This document shows positions 48,591-62,014 of a stretch of DNA of 64,000 nucleotides, in pieces (the first letter of the stretch is position 1; each line of letters begins with the position of its first letter). Under the pieces are notes generated by a model. That model was not told the DNA's origin and made no database searches. It saw only the letters and a list, made by a program, of their open reading frames with translations. Made by a program: the position numbers and the translations under genes. Origin of the DNA: Octopus sinensis (Eukaryota); assembly GCF_006345805.1 (NCBI RefSeq), contig NC_043014.1, positions 27,032,001-27,096,000 on the forward strand. The letters are read 5' to 3'.

Positions 48591-48914
48591 ATATATAATA
48601 GATATACATATATATATGCAATGGGATCTTTTAGTTCCCATCTACTAAATATATATATATATATTTGTATACGCGTGAATGTGTGTGTGCGCGTGTGTCC
48701 ACTGCTTGACACCTGATGTTGTTTCCTTTACATCCTTGTAGCTTAATAGAATAAGCACCAAGCTTTAAAAAAATCAGGGCTGAAGTTAATTTGTTCAACT
48801 TCAAGGCAGTGCTCCAGCATGGTTGCAGAGCTATAATTAGAACAAGAAAAAGATAAAAGATATATAAGGAAGAATGGGGAAAGCGGAAAGAGACCTAATA
48901 TTATCATTACTGTT

Positions 48915-49130
48915 AGGTGGTAAGCTGGCAGAATTGTTAGCACGCTGGGCAAAATGTTTAGCAGCATTTCGTCCCTCTTTACATTCTGAGTTCAAATTCT
49001 GCTGAGGTTGACTTTGCCTTTCATCCTTTCAGGATCAATAAAATAAGTACTAGTTGAGTGCTGTGGTCAATGTAATCAACTTATTCCCTCTCCCAAAATT
49101 GTTGGCCTTGTGTCAATTTGAAATAAATAT
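48915..49130 (+). mobile_element. SINE family B
   Basis: GTAAGCTGGCAGAATTGTTAGC...TTTGCCTTTCATCCTTTCAGGATCAATAAAATAAGTAC. Confidence 0.85.
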
Positions 49131-50044
49131 TATCATTATTGTTTATTTATCAACTTTACTTTTTGTCCCTTCATAGTAAATAAAATAAAGTACCAGTATT
49201 GACTAAGCCCACCCATCAAACTATTGAGCCTAAATAATTCATCATTGTTTTGTTGTCCACTTTTTTGTGCTTGCATGGGTCAGATGGGATTCATTGAGTT
49301 AGATTTTCTATTGCTGGATGCTCTTCCTGTTGTCAACCCTCACCTGTTTCCAGGCAGGGTAATATTTCTCCATGGCTTGACATGATTCTACATAAAATTA
49401 GAAATGAGTGACATTCATTTACAACAATTACATGATGAGAAGACAGGAGGACACAAACACACACATATGATGGGCTTCTTTCAGTTTTCTGTCTGCCAAA
49501 TCCTCTTGCAAGGTTTTGATCATCCCCAGGGCTATAATAGAGGACACTTGCCCGATGTGCCATGCAATGGAACTGAATCCAAAAGCATGTGACTGAAAAG
49601 CCAGCTTCTTAAGCAGACTACTAAGCCTGTGCCTCCTATATTTTAAATGCAAACACAACCAGGTTGATGTAATTCCCTTCTTCTTCTTCTTCTTCTTCTT
49701 CTTTCTTCTTCTTCTTCTTCTTCTCCTCCTCCTCCTTCTTCTTTTTCTTCTTCATTTATTTTATTTTTATTTATTTATTTTCTATATATATATAGTTTAC
49801 TTCTGAACAAGATTATAACCATCTGGTATTGCTGTGTTGATAATTAATATAATTGTTATTGTTTCATCATGAAAAATTGTGTCAGGTTAATTATCTGCTA
49901 TCTGATCAATCTGTCTGCCTATTTGTCTGCTTGTATGCTAAAATTTCATTGTCTTTTCAAATTATCATTTCCTAAGACAGATACAGGTTCATATAAGAAC
50001 CACTGAACTTTTTCTCAAGGGAGTTGAAATTGGATGATTCATTA

Positions 50045-51090
50045 TCATCATCATCATCATTTAACATCCGTTGTCCATGCTGGCATAGGTTGGACGGTTT
50101 GACTGGGCTGGCACACTGGAAGGCTGCACCAGACTCCATTCTGATTTGGCATGGTTTCTATAGCTGGATGCCCTTCCTAACACCAACCATTCCAAGAGTG
50201 TAATAATGGCTTTTACATGCCACCAGCACGTGTGTCATTTGCATGACACCAGTATCTGCCTTGACTGCGATTTTGTTCAGCTTGATGGATCTTCTTCTCA
50301 AGCATGACATAATACCAAAGGTCTTGGTCATTGCCTTTGTGAGGCCCAACACTTGAAAGGAACTCAGCCACTTTGCCTCTGTGAGGCCCAATGCTCAAAA
50401 GGAACTCAGCCACTTTGCCTCTGTACCACCAGCACAAGTGCCAGTTACCACAACTATGATTTCACTTGACATGATGGATCCTCTCAAGCAGAGCACATTG
50501 CCAAAAGTCTCAGTCATTCATCATTGCCTCTGTGAGGCTCTAAGTTTGAAGATCATGCTTCACCATGTCTTCCTGGATCTACCTCTACCACAGGTTCCCT
50601 CCACAGTTAGAGATCAGCACTGCTTTACACAGCTGCCCTCGTCCATATGCATCACATGATCATACTAGCACAGTAACTTCTCTTGCACAACCACATCTGA
50701 TTCCTCTTATGCCTAACTTTTCTCTCAAAATGCTTACTCTCTGTCGAACTTGCACATTGGATTTGCACATCCAGCGAAGCATACTGGCTTCACTTCTTTC
50801 AAGCCTACATATGTCCTCGGCTGTCACAGCCCATGTTTCATTGCCAAGCAGCATAGCTGTTCACATACAGGCATCAAACAATCTGCCTTTCACTCTGAGA
50901 GAGAGGCCCTTTGTTGCCAGCAGGGGTAGGGGCTCTCTGAACTTTGCCCTACCTAATCTTATTCTTACAGCTATGTTCTTAGAGCATCTACCTCCACTAC
51001 TAACATGGTCACCGAGAGAATGGAAGCTATCTACTACCTCTAGCTGACCCTGCTGGAAGTTGATGGAGTCTATTTTCTGCACATTTATTC
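50045..51090 (-). mobile_element. RTE LINE 3' fragment
   Basis: (GAT)n tail, LLGNETWAVTAED, GHVSSGGRCS...LSLRVKGRLFDAC. Confidence 0.9.
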
Positions 51091-51329
51091 ATGCTAAAGC
51101 AGCTTTGCTACATAATTATGTTTCTGAGTATATTTTGTCAGAGCTAATATAGAACATCTTGATACAACCTAATGTAGAATATCCTTATGTGATGTATTGT
51201 CTCATAAAATACACCACAGAGGGAACATGACAAATCTGTTTCACACTGTAGCAGTAATGGCTATTCCTTTCAATATATTTAGCAAATAAAGTATGGCTTT
51301 ATATGAAAGTTAGAAATTATTGTTATTGA

Positions 51330-51800
51330 GTGAAAGTGCAATGCATGACATCAAAGTGACACTGGGGTACAAATATATGAAACCCAATCATGACGTTCCA
51401 CCTGATAAGGGTACACCAGGCACATGCATCACAACTACATGTGCACAATATGGTGATCTTGGCGATCTCATATCAAGATAAACAACACATGACCTTCAAT
51501 AAAGTTTGTTTAAGGATGATGAATGAAACACTCATGTCTCAACATCTCAACACATGACTATGATGCTCCCCCAATTACTTCTGCTCATAATCAGAGATAC
51601 ACATATCGTCAACCACAAAGGGGCATGCTCAACTGGTTATGGTCAAGCAACTAACAAGCAAACCTATGGTATTGAGCAAAGTATTTGGTGTAGCCCATCT
51701 TTTATACCAAGACAAAACAAGTAATGATAACACTTCCAATCAGTTAAGATCAGATGCCATGAGAGCCACTACATAGTATTGCATCAGGGCATACCACTGC
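51330..51800 (-). mobile_element. Interspersed repeat of undetermined class
   Basis: Diverged repeat-like body (GATCTTAACTGATTGGAAGTGTTATC...) recalled as a high-copy octopus repeat; class not determined. Confidence 0.45.
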
Positions 51801-53039
51801 CTGGTATAGCATCGGGGCATTCTTCTTCTTCTTCTTCTTCTTATTATTATTATTATTATTATTATTATATCCTGCAATCAACAGATGTGTTTGCCCAATG
51901 CCAGGCAAAATCGAAATCATCAGTGTCCCCATTGTGTCTTCATAGCAAAATCCGTCCCTGGACTCAAATTACATTCATGCATCCATCACAAATAGATGCA
52001 GCATTTTTGTTCTTTAATTTTTTAAAGTTGTTTTCTCTTTTTGTCACTTTTTTACTTTAAATCCTCTTTCAAACACTTATACATTGAAATTGACAGGAGT
52101 GACCATTATTATCCTCCTCCTCCCCCTCCCCTCCTCCTCTTCCTCCTCATCCTCCTCATCCTCATCCTCCTCCTCCTCCTCCTCCTCCTCATCGTCATCA
52201 TCATCATCATCATCATCATCGTCATCGTCATCATCATCGTCATCGTTGTCGTCGTCATCATTATTATTATTGTATATTTATTATCATGATGGTAGTGATG
52301 GTGGTAGTGGATATATAGAAGAATTAGAATGCTGGACAAACAACATTATTTACTATGTTTTTTTTTATATTCCAAGTTCAAATCTGATTGGGGTTAAATT
52401 TACCTTTATTCTGCTTCCCTATGCCATCATGTTTGCAAATGACCCTTAGTGTCTTCCTTGATTGGAGAAATATCTACTTGAAATGGAATCTTTATGGCAA
52501 AATATGAAGATGGTCACTTGTTGCTATCCTTTAGGTAGGTTTTTTTATAAGACAGCATTTGGTGGCTAGATGCAGATAAGTTTGCTATGCCTACCTAGGC
52601 CTTCAGAATATAAAGATACAAGCAATGGGTATGCAGGTTATTTTGGAAATACCTCACAGAGTGACAATCATGCCCTGCATAGTTACAAGTTACCCTTTCT
52701 CAAGGTATAGCACCCATTCAGCCACACTGCCAGGGATCCAGTGCAATCATGGCACTGCAGCATGGCGAATTGTGAAGAGAGGTAGTGGAAGAGCTCAACG
52801 GAGCCAATAGTGCTTCTTACCTTGATGTTAAGGAGAGGAATCCATGAAGATCAATGGTCAGGATCACCAAGCTCTATCAAGAGAATAACTGCAACACATC
52901 CATAGAGGTGGCATCCATGGTTGTGTAACCAGTTAATGAAAGATTCACTGTACCTCAAGCTCCCAATTCAAATTCATAATAAGGGAATCTGATGGCTTCA
53001 GAGTCATGAGAATCCACAAAAGCAACATGACAATTAATC

Positions 53040-54490
53040 ATTCATTTAATGTCTGTTTTCCATGCTGGCATGGGTTGGACAGTTAGATGGTTTGACTGGA
53101 ACTGGTAAGCCAAAGACCCATGGTTTCTACAGCTGGATGCCCTTCTTAACACCAACCAAGAGTGTAGTGGGTGCTTTTTACATGTCACTGGCACAAGTGC
53201 CAGTAACATAACACTGGCATTGGCCATGACTATGATCTCACTTGGCTTGACAAGTATTCTCAAGCATGGTATATCTTCAAAGATCTCAGTCGTTTTTCAC
53301 CTGCCTCCATGAGGCCCAATGTTTGATGGGTTTTTTTTTACATGTCACCAACATGGGTGCAGGTTATGTGACACTGGCATCAGCCGTGATTACGATTTCA
53401 CTTGGCTTGACAGATCTTCTCAAGCACAGCATATTACTATTGCACAACATTTGAACATGCACACTGACATTGCACACCCAGCGAAACATACTAGCTTCAT
53501 TTCTTTCAAGCTCACACATGTCTTTGGCAGTCACAGCCCATGATTCACTGTTATGTAGCATAGCTGTTTAATTGTGCCACCAGCATGGGTGCCAATTACA
53601 TGACACTGGCATTGGTCATGACTACAATTTCACTTGGCTTAAGGGGTCTCCTCAAACATGGCATATCGTCAAAGGTCTCTGTCACTAGTCATCACCTCCA
53701 ACATTCAAATGTCATGAGGTTCAACATTCGAAAATCATGTCACCACCTCATTCCATGTCTTCCTGGATCTACCTCTTTCACAGGTTCCCTCCACAGTTAG
53801 AGACCAGCTTGTCTTTATACAGCTGTCTTCATCCATATACATCACATGACCATACCAGCACGTTCATCTCTCTTGCACATCATATTCTGATGCCTCTTAT
53901 GCACAGTTTTTCTCTCAAGATGGTTACACTCTGTTGAACATGCACACTGACATTACACATCCAGCGAAACATACTAGCTTCATTTCTTTCAAGCTCACAC
54001 ATGTCTTTGGCAGTCACAGCCCATGTTTCACTGCTATGTAGCATAGCTGTTCACATACAGGCACCATACAATCTACCTTTCACTCTGAGGGAGAGATCCT
54101 TTGTTACTAGGAGAGATAGGGGTAGCCTATTTTTATTCTAGCAGCTATACACTCAAAGCATTCACCTCAACTACTGACTTGGTCGCCTAGGTAACAGAAG
54201 CTATCAATTACTTCTAGTTTTCCCCACTGGCATTTGATGGAGTCTATTTTCTGAACATTCTTATTGTTAATTGTACTTGTGCACCTTCCACACACAAAAA
54301 CTATTTTCCTTGCTACCCTTCATCTGATATTGGTGCACCTTTTATTTATCTATAGCTTACATCAAGTACAACTTGTGGAGTTTCTACCTACGCCTTTTCT
54401 ACAGACTCAGAAGGACTATCTACTTGAAGGGGTTTGTCATTTGTCTGCTCCCCTACTTACTAAGACTTTGGCTTTTACTAGATTAACTCT
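53040..54490 (-). mobile_element. Rearranged RTE LINE 3' portion with internal duplication
   Basis: About 120 bp (GAACATGCACACTGACATT...AGCATAGCTGTT) present at about 53455 and 53936; repeated 3' UTR blocks. Confidence 0.85.
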
Positions 54491-54939
54491 ATACTTTTAT
54501 CTGACATTCTGTCAATTCGACACCCTAGATTTATACCTTATTAATCCCAGAAACATGGAAAGCAAAGTTGATTTTCTACATTCGAGGATCAATGACATAA
54601 GTAGTGGTGGAGTGGTGGGGCAGCATGATCAGTTATGCTTCTTCACAAGAAATATGGCCTCATGCATCATCATCACCACCATTATCATCAACATCATCGT
54701 TACCACTGCCACCTTCCTCATCATTATCAGCAGCAGCAGCTCTTGTACACCTTTGTTTTTGCTTGAGTCCTCTCGACTTACCACCATGCAGTTATTATAA
54801 ATGAGCACTGTCTTCATGCAAGCAGTGTCATTTGTGAAAACATGCCTGGCCATGGGAAGATGGGGGGGGGGAGATTATTATCCTGCTTGGAAACAGGTGA
54901 GAACTGGACACATGCAATTGTGGAAAAGTGGACATTAAA

Positions 54940-55082
54940 ATGATGATGATGATGGTGATAATGTGGTGATAATGATGGTGATGATGATGATGATGATGAT
55001 GATGATGACGACAACAATGATGATGATGACGACAACAATGATGATGATGACGACAACAATGATGATGATGACGACAACAACA

Positions 55083-55125
<43 letters not shown>
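54940..55125. repeat. (GAT)n/(GACAACAAT) tract
   Basis: Direct reading; poly-Met pseudo-ORF. Confidence 0.95.
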
Positions 55126-55126
<1 letters not shown>

Positions 55127-55192
55127 TGAGTTTGTATTTTTAAATCTATTTTTTGGGGGTTTTTTTATGACATACCCAACAACTTTCCACAG

Positions 55193-55233
55193 AGCACCAG
55201 TGTGCCATGCTGCACGTACATTTGTAGTCTCTG
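55193..55233 (+). CDS. Weak candidate 41-nt exon (APVCHAARTFVVS)
   Basis: CTTTCCACAG acceptor, CTG|GTAATG donor. Confidence 0.2.
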
Positions 55234-55556
55234 GTAATGATTATGTGTGTTTTGCCACCAACATCATGCAAAACCACTATAATTTTATTATTACGCCAAA
55301 ACAATACTACCACTATCTCTACTTAATCACTGTAATATTATTACCACCACCACCACCACCACTATTACTTTAATCCTTTTACAGCAGAAATCAGATATAG
55401 CCTCTCAAAATTTCATTACACTTAACTGTAGAAAGCAGTTTTATATTCCAATCTCTCTTTTGTTGAAGAACGTCATGTTGGAAATGAATTTTTGGTGAGA
55501 TATATCAAGTTTGCAGAGGCAACGTGACTTACAGAAAATAATTTTACTTGTTTTTT

Positions 55557-55762
55557 ATTCTTTTATTTGTTTCAGTCATTTGACTGTGGCCATGCTGAAG
55601 CACCTCCTTTAGTTGAACAAATCGACCCCAGGACTTATTCTTTATAAGCCTAGTACTTATTCTATCGGTCTCTTTTGCCGAAACGCTAAGTTACAGAGAC
55701 ATAAACACACCAGCATCGGTTGTCAAGCAATGTTGGAGGGACAAACACAGACACAGAAACAT

Positions 55763-55805
<43 letters not shown>

Positions 55806-55960
55806 CGACAGGCTTCTTTCAGTTTCCGTCTACCAAATCCTCTCACAAGGCTTTGGTCATCCCGAGGCTATAGTAGAAGACACTTGCCCATGGTGCCATG
55901 CAGTGGGACTGAACCCAGAACCATGTGGTTGGAAAGCAAGCTACTTACCACTCCTGCACC
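55557..55960 (-). mobile_element. SINE family A
   Basis: Full reverse copy. Confidence 0.9.
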
Positions 55961-56035
55961 TATTTAACATCCTTATCAGAATAACTATGGAATTTAATCT
56001 TGCAGTTAAAGGGTTAACAATTTTAATCAAGTAAA

Positions 56036-56192
56036 TTATTTACATTATTTACATTTGACGGATATTTGTCCTCATCTTGTTTGTTGTTAACACAATGTTT
56101 CAGCTGATATACCCTCCAGCCTTCATCAGGTGTCTTGGGGAAATTTCGAACCTGGGTTCTCATTCCCAAGGTATTTTTCGATGTTGTTATTA

Positions 56193-56242
<50 letters not shown>

Positions 56243-56385
56243 ATTATTATTATTATTATTATTATCATTTTTATTCAGGTCACTGCCTGATATAGAACTC
56301 GGAATCTTGGGGCATGTAAATAATGTAAATAATGTAAATAATGTAAATAATTCCTCATCTCTTAAATAAAGAACAATATTAATCA
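56036..56385. mobile_element. Penelope-type pseudo-LTR remnant with (ATT)n and TGTAAATAA repeats
   Basis: - strand block 56036-56190 ends in GTAAATAATGTA; + strand (TGTAAATAA)x4 at 56335-56370. Confidence 0.7.
56089..56134 (-). ncRNA. Minimal hammerhead ribozyme with canonical CUGAUGA core (stem III mutated)
   Basis: GACAC CTGATGA A GGCTG-GAGGGTATAT-CAGCT GAAA CATT|GTGTT. Confidence 0.65.
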
Positions 56386-56424
56386 AGATCGCCACACAAC
56401 TATAAACCACACCATAATCCCTGT

Positions 56425-56875
56425 AATACTGGTTTCAAATTTTGGCACAAGGCCAGCAATTTTAGGGAGAACGTAAGCCAATGACATTGATACCCAGTGC
56501 TCAACTGGCAATTATTTTATTGACATCCCCAAAAGGATGAAAGGCAAAGTCGACCTCAATAGAATTTGAACTCAGAATGTAAAGACTGACATAATGCCAT
56601 TTAGCATTTTGCCCAGCATACTAACAATTCTGCCAGCTCGCTGCCTTAGAAAAAGCAGTAATAATGATTTCAAATTTTGGCACAAGGCCAGCAATTTCAA
56701 GTGAGGGGGAATGTTGATTACATCAACTCCAGTGCTCAACTGGTAATTATTTTATCAACCTCAAAAAGGTGAAAGGCAAAATCAACCTCTGCAGAATTTG
56801 AACTTAGAACGTAAAGACAGATGACATGTTGCTAAGCATTTTGCCCAGCATGCTAATGATTCTGCCAAGTCACCA
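56425..56875 (-). mobile_element. Two tandem SINE family B copies
   Basis: TTTCAAATTTTGGCACAAGGCCAGC at 56433 and 56668, each running to ATTCTGCCA. Confidence 0.85.
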
Positions 56876-58633
56876 CCTTCCATTAGTCCTGTAATACTAC
56901 CATCAACTACAGTACTGCCAATTTTTACCCTCCACTAGTTACCACTACCACACCTCTTCCATTATAATAGATCAGTTTTCCCAATCTATTTTCCCCCAGG
57001 CCCCATTAGAACTTCCCAGAAAAATGCATGCCCCATTGGTGGCATATGTAAAAAGATTAACAATTTATCTATTAATTATATACACATCTAATATGGTTGT
57101 TTAACATGCAAGAAATAGCAGGCAAATTTTGTTCCAAAATTCACACAATTTCTATCTTAAGAAAAGACACAGAGTAAAGTATATCTGGAGTCCCTTAACA
57201 CATAAGGAGAAGACAAGATGGTCACGGTTGGAATAGCCATTGATTGTAGATTTACACAGTCATAGCTGACTAGGATTTACACAACAATAACCCGCACAAA
57301 CATTACCATTGCATATTAATACTAGCTTTCATATCAATACTTTACCTCTACTGACACTACAACCAACACCACCATCACCAGCACCTAACTCTGTAACACC
57401 ACTTATTTCATTACCACCACCATCACACACCACTGCTGTTTGTTTGGCGCCAAAACCACCTCTGCCTATGATAGTTCTGATATCTGTATCACCAACTCTC
57501 TCACCATCACCACCTCCACAACACCTTCGCTTTTGATAGTTCCACCACCTGTATCATCACTATTACTACTGCTGCTATATTTCATTACCTTATTATAACT
57601 GCACCATCATCACAAGCTCTACATCAACAGTTTTACAACTGCACCTGCAGGGGTGGAATTATATACATCCATTGTACCCTTATAGAATGAAAAACTGTGT
57701 AAGACACGGGGAGAGAGATGGGGAAAGAAAGAGAGAGTTAGAGACAGGAAGAGTAATAGCAGATTAAGCCAAGGGTAGAGAGAATAGCAAAAAGAGATAG
57801 AGATAGAGAGAGAGAGAGAGTAAGGGAGAGAGACAGAGAGAGAGAAAGGGAGATGGATAGATGGATAATTAGGTAGACAGACAGACAGACAGAGGAAGAG
57901 AAAGACAGACAAACATACATAAGACAGACAGACAAAGATAGAGAGGATAAGGGGAGATGTGGAGAAAAATGGTGTAGGTAGTTTCAGAGAAAGAGAGAAT
58001 AAGGGTGGGAGAAATTGAGAGAGAGAGAGAGGGAGAGAGAGAGGGAGTGAGGATGGGAGAAAGTGAGAGGGTGAATGAGAATAATATGGAGAGATAGCTA
58101 GAAGAGTTTATAGTTAGAGAGAGAGATGGAAAGAGAGAGGGAGAGGTAGCTTGAAGGAATCAGGAGAGAGTAGAGGTAACTTGAGGCAGATAGATAGGTA
58201 ACCAACTATAGGTTGGGAGTAGTGAAGTAAAAAAAGGGGGTCAGAGAGATGACTAATGTCATTCATTGACTCCAAACAGCCCCCGACCTCAACCCCATCT
58301 TGAACTGGCAGACATCTCTTGAAGATTTTACTGTTGTTATGGTTACTGTGTTATATATATATAGGTGCTATTGATTTCTTCATGCACACACATGTACACA
58401 ATGAGACATGCACTCGTGTATAGCTATACGTGTGTGTGTGTATATATATGTATGTATGTATGTGTATGTATATATATATGTATATACAAACACATATACA
58501 CACACATGCAAACATTTATATATGCATGTGTGTAAGTACATATCAATATTAATATACCTCTGTGTGTGCATATGAATGTATACAAAAATGCATGTGTGTA
58601 TGTCTCTCCCTCTCTCTCTCTTTCCCTCTCTTT

Positions 58634-58674
<41 letters not shown>

Positions 58675-58916
58675 GCGTATGTATTTGTATGTATTTTGTA
58701 GTACAAATTGGATAAATAGAATTCAAAGTGAATGAACATATTTTTTATTAATTTGAATGGGGAGAGGTTGCAAAGGACTGATAGTTTTTCACAAGCATCA
58801 CATACACAAAACTCTCAACCTATGAATCACTTTGTCACTTCTGCCAATTAGAACCAATATATATACATATATATGTACATACATGCACATACGTACATAC
58901 ACACATACACACACAT

Positions 58917-58964
<48 letters not shown>

Positions 58965-59036
58965 CACACACACACACACACACATACATACATACATACA
59001 TACATACATACATACATACATACATACATACATACA

Positions 59037-59069
<33 letters not shown>

Positions 59070-59160
59070 TTGTGCACCAAGTTCACCACATTGCTTTGGA
59101 GATACACCAAAAGATGCTGCAATTGTTGATTCAGAAAAGATTTTGGCTGATTATTTTTTG

Positions 59161-59600
59161 TCTTTTACTTGTTTCTGTCATTAGACTGCACCCGATTCTA
59201 GGGAAATAGCTTGAAGAATCTTTAATCAGATGAACTGACCCCAGTACTTTTTTTTTTAACCCTTTAGCATTTAAACCGGCCATATTCGGCCAAAAGTATT
59301 CTGCCTGTTTTATGTTCAAACTGGCCAGATCTGGTCTCTCACACCAACCCTACAATATTGTTTTAAAAATTAACAGCTACCTCATCAAAATCTCATAGCT
59401 ACAAGATAATGCATGATTAGTTCAAAACGATGTGGATGAAGAAGCATTAATTTTGGCAGAATAATGCGAACACTAAAGGGTTAAGCCTGATACTTATTCT
59501 ATTGGTCTCTTTCACTGAGCCACAAAGCTACAGGAATGTAAACACATCAACACCGGTTGTCAAGTGGTGGTGGGATACAAACATAGCCACAGAGACACAC
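59161..59600 (-). mobile_element. SINE family A 3' half interrupted by a MITE
   Basis: Colinear SINE sequence resumes after 59484. Confidence 0.75.
59260..59480. mobile_element. piggyBac-type MITE (221 bp)
   Basis: TTAA|CCCTTTAG ... CTAAAGGG|TTAA. Confidence 0.7.
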
Positions 59601-59804
59601 ACACACACATGGATTTCTTTTCCTCCTTTAGACCTTTCCCTTTCTCCTTTCCAACAAAGAGTTATGCTTGAAACATCAAAAGCTCTCTCCTGTTATTGAG
59701 CATCAAACTAATACATTCCTTGTGCACATCTTCTTCTTGTCTGTTATTGTTAATTTTATTATTCATTTATTTGAATTGATCGTTTTATATCTATATATAT
59801 ATAT

Positions 59805-60085
59805 ATATGTCGTTGCCAGTGCCACTGGACTGGCACCTGTGCAGGTGGCATGTAAAAAACACCATTTGGGCATGGCTGTTGCCAGTACCACCTGACTGGC
59901 CCTTGTGCTGGTGGCACATAAAAGAACCCACTACACTCTCAGAATGGTTGACGTTAGGAAGGGCATCCAGCTGTAGAAACTCTGCCAGATCAGATTGGAG
60001 TCTGGTGCTGCCATCTGGTTCGCTAGACCTCAGTCAAATCGTCCAACCCATGCTAGCATGGAAAGCGGATGTTAAATGATGATGA
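59805..60085 (+). mobile_element. RTE 3'-end fragment
   Basis: GTTAGGAAGGGCATCCAGCTGTAGAAAC...CCATGCTAGCATGGAAAGCGGATGTTAAAT(GAT)n. Confidence 0.85.
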
Positions 60086-60157
60086 TGAGTGGATTTGGCA
60101 GAGGGAAATTGAAAGAAACCTGTTTTATATATATATATATATGTGTGTGTGTGTATG

Positions 60158-60196
<39 letters not shown>

Positions 60197-60419
60197 TATA
60201 TATATATAACAGGTTTCTTTCAATTTCCCTCTGCCAAATCCACTCACAAGGCTTTGATTGGCCTGAGGCTGAACTCAGGACCATGTGATTGGTAAGAATG
60301 CTCCTTTGCACACAACCACAACTGATAAGGTGACAAAATAGCTTAATAGTTACAATGTGTGAGTGTGAATGCTTTACAAGAAGCTTCTATTGACACTTAA
60401 GTTTCAATTTAAATTCTTT

Positions 60420-60545
60420 AGGTTGTGAATGTGGGAGTCAAAGTTGCAATCTTCATGGCTTAGCAAGCATTCCTATGAGTATCACGGATCATTTAAATCT
60501 GCTTTTTTGGGAAATGTTTCCAGACAGCCAAACAATAAAGAAGTA
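60420..60545 (+). pseudogene. hAT (ZNF862-like) transposase relic
   Basis: VKVAIFMA* then SIPMSITDHLNLLFWEMFPDSQTIKK, resembling the HNIP.S..DHL..L...MFPDS.IAK motif of these transposases. Confidence 0.55.
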
Positions 60546-61074
60546 ATAGTAATGATGGCAGTTTCCTGGGTTCAAAAAAGATGGTTCTGCAATCTCTTGC
60601 TGAACAACCTGCACAAGATGATTTGTTTATAGTGAACAAATGTTTGTGCCAAACATTTGTTCTCTCTCTTCATCAAATCGTCATTGCCTGTACAAACACA
60701 TGGTGTGTCATACATCAGATGTCAACGGGATCACAAAACAACATAAGGTGAAGTCTTTAGCTCAAGGTCACAACACATCACCTCATTAGGGAATCAAAGC
60801 CATGATCATGCAATCTTGAGTGCAACACCTTAACCACTAGGCCACACATATATTCACATATATACTATATGTACTTTAAAGAAGTACAGTTCTGATAATA
60901 TGAAAATCATCTGCCTCTTGAATGGTATTATGACCCTCACTTTTAAAGACAATATTGTCTTCTCTCATGATAGTAAAACTAGAAGACATAATGACATGTT
61001 ATATGACCACACATGTGTTCATGTATGTGTGCTGATTATATATTATATATATATATATATATAGTTATATAATA

Positions 61075-61300
61075 TGGCTCAGTGGTTAGGTTTTGGAATT
61101 CATGAGCACAAGATTGTGGTTTCTATTCCTGGACCAGGTGACATATTGTGTTCTTGAGTAGAACACTTCATTTCACATTGTTCCAGTTTATTCAACTGAT
61201 AAAAATGGGTATCCTGCGATCGACCTACTCATGTCTATGGAGGAATATATACTCTAAATAACCTGGGAAACCAGCTTTGTGCTACTTATGGAGTAATGTG
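61075..61300 (+). mobile_element. tRNA-derived SINE, third family
   Basis: GGCTCAGTGGTTAGG head; GTTCTTGAGTAGAACACTT...CAACTGATAAAAATGGGTA body; reverse relatives at about 60700-60850 and 62845-62990. Confidence 0.7.
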
Positions 61301-61307
61301 GACTAAC

Positions 61308-61348
<41 letters not shown>

Positions 61349-61633
61349 GTATGTGTATGTATGAGTGTGTATGTAGGTATGTATGTATGTATCTATAATT
61401 TAATAGGAAATTAACTCAGCTCCATGTAATTTAAAGATTTGTAAGCTCAAGGAATAAACCTGTCTCCTCAGACATTTGTATACATATGTATACAAACATA
61501 TTTACATCTACATACACACAAATACACACATGCACATCAGATAACTAGCTAGATTGATATACATACATACATTGCATACATACATACATACATACATACA
61601 TACATACATACATACATACATACATACATACAC

Positions 61634-61639
<6 letters not shown>

Positions 61640-61676
<37 letters not shown>

Positions 61677-61830
61677 GTACTGATCCGTGATAGAAAACTC
61701 AACAAAAAAAGTACTCCATTTGGTGAGGGATAAATATTATTTATTTAAAGGTCACAATACATATATTAAAGTGCTACTAATACTTTCATATGTTGAGAAA
61801 ACTAACATATTATTCAGGCACAAACCACAT
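61640..61830 (-). mobile_element. Penelope pseudo-LTR remnant with degenerate hammerhead
   Basis: GTGC CTGAATA ATATGTT..AACATAT GAAA ...TA|GCAC (61771-61821); flank resembles 40820-40900. Confidence 0.45.
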
Positions 61831-62014
61831 ATAATAGTGAACTAAGGAAATTGAATAATAAAAGAAACATGGAAAACTGAGAAAGCAGCATATAGAAAAC
61901 ACAGACAGTAAACAATTGAAAATGAAAACAGAAACTAAAATGCAAAAAAAAAAAAAATAGAAAGTAACAAGGTAAAAGAGCTATCCTCTTTAGACACTAG
62001 GCTGGAAAGATATC

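Noticed and set aside
52540-52930. Possible old LINE C-terminal fragment
   Set aside because: Too degraded to assign motifs by eye.
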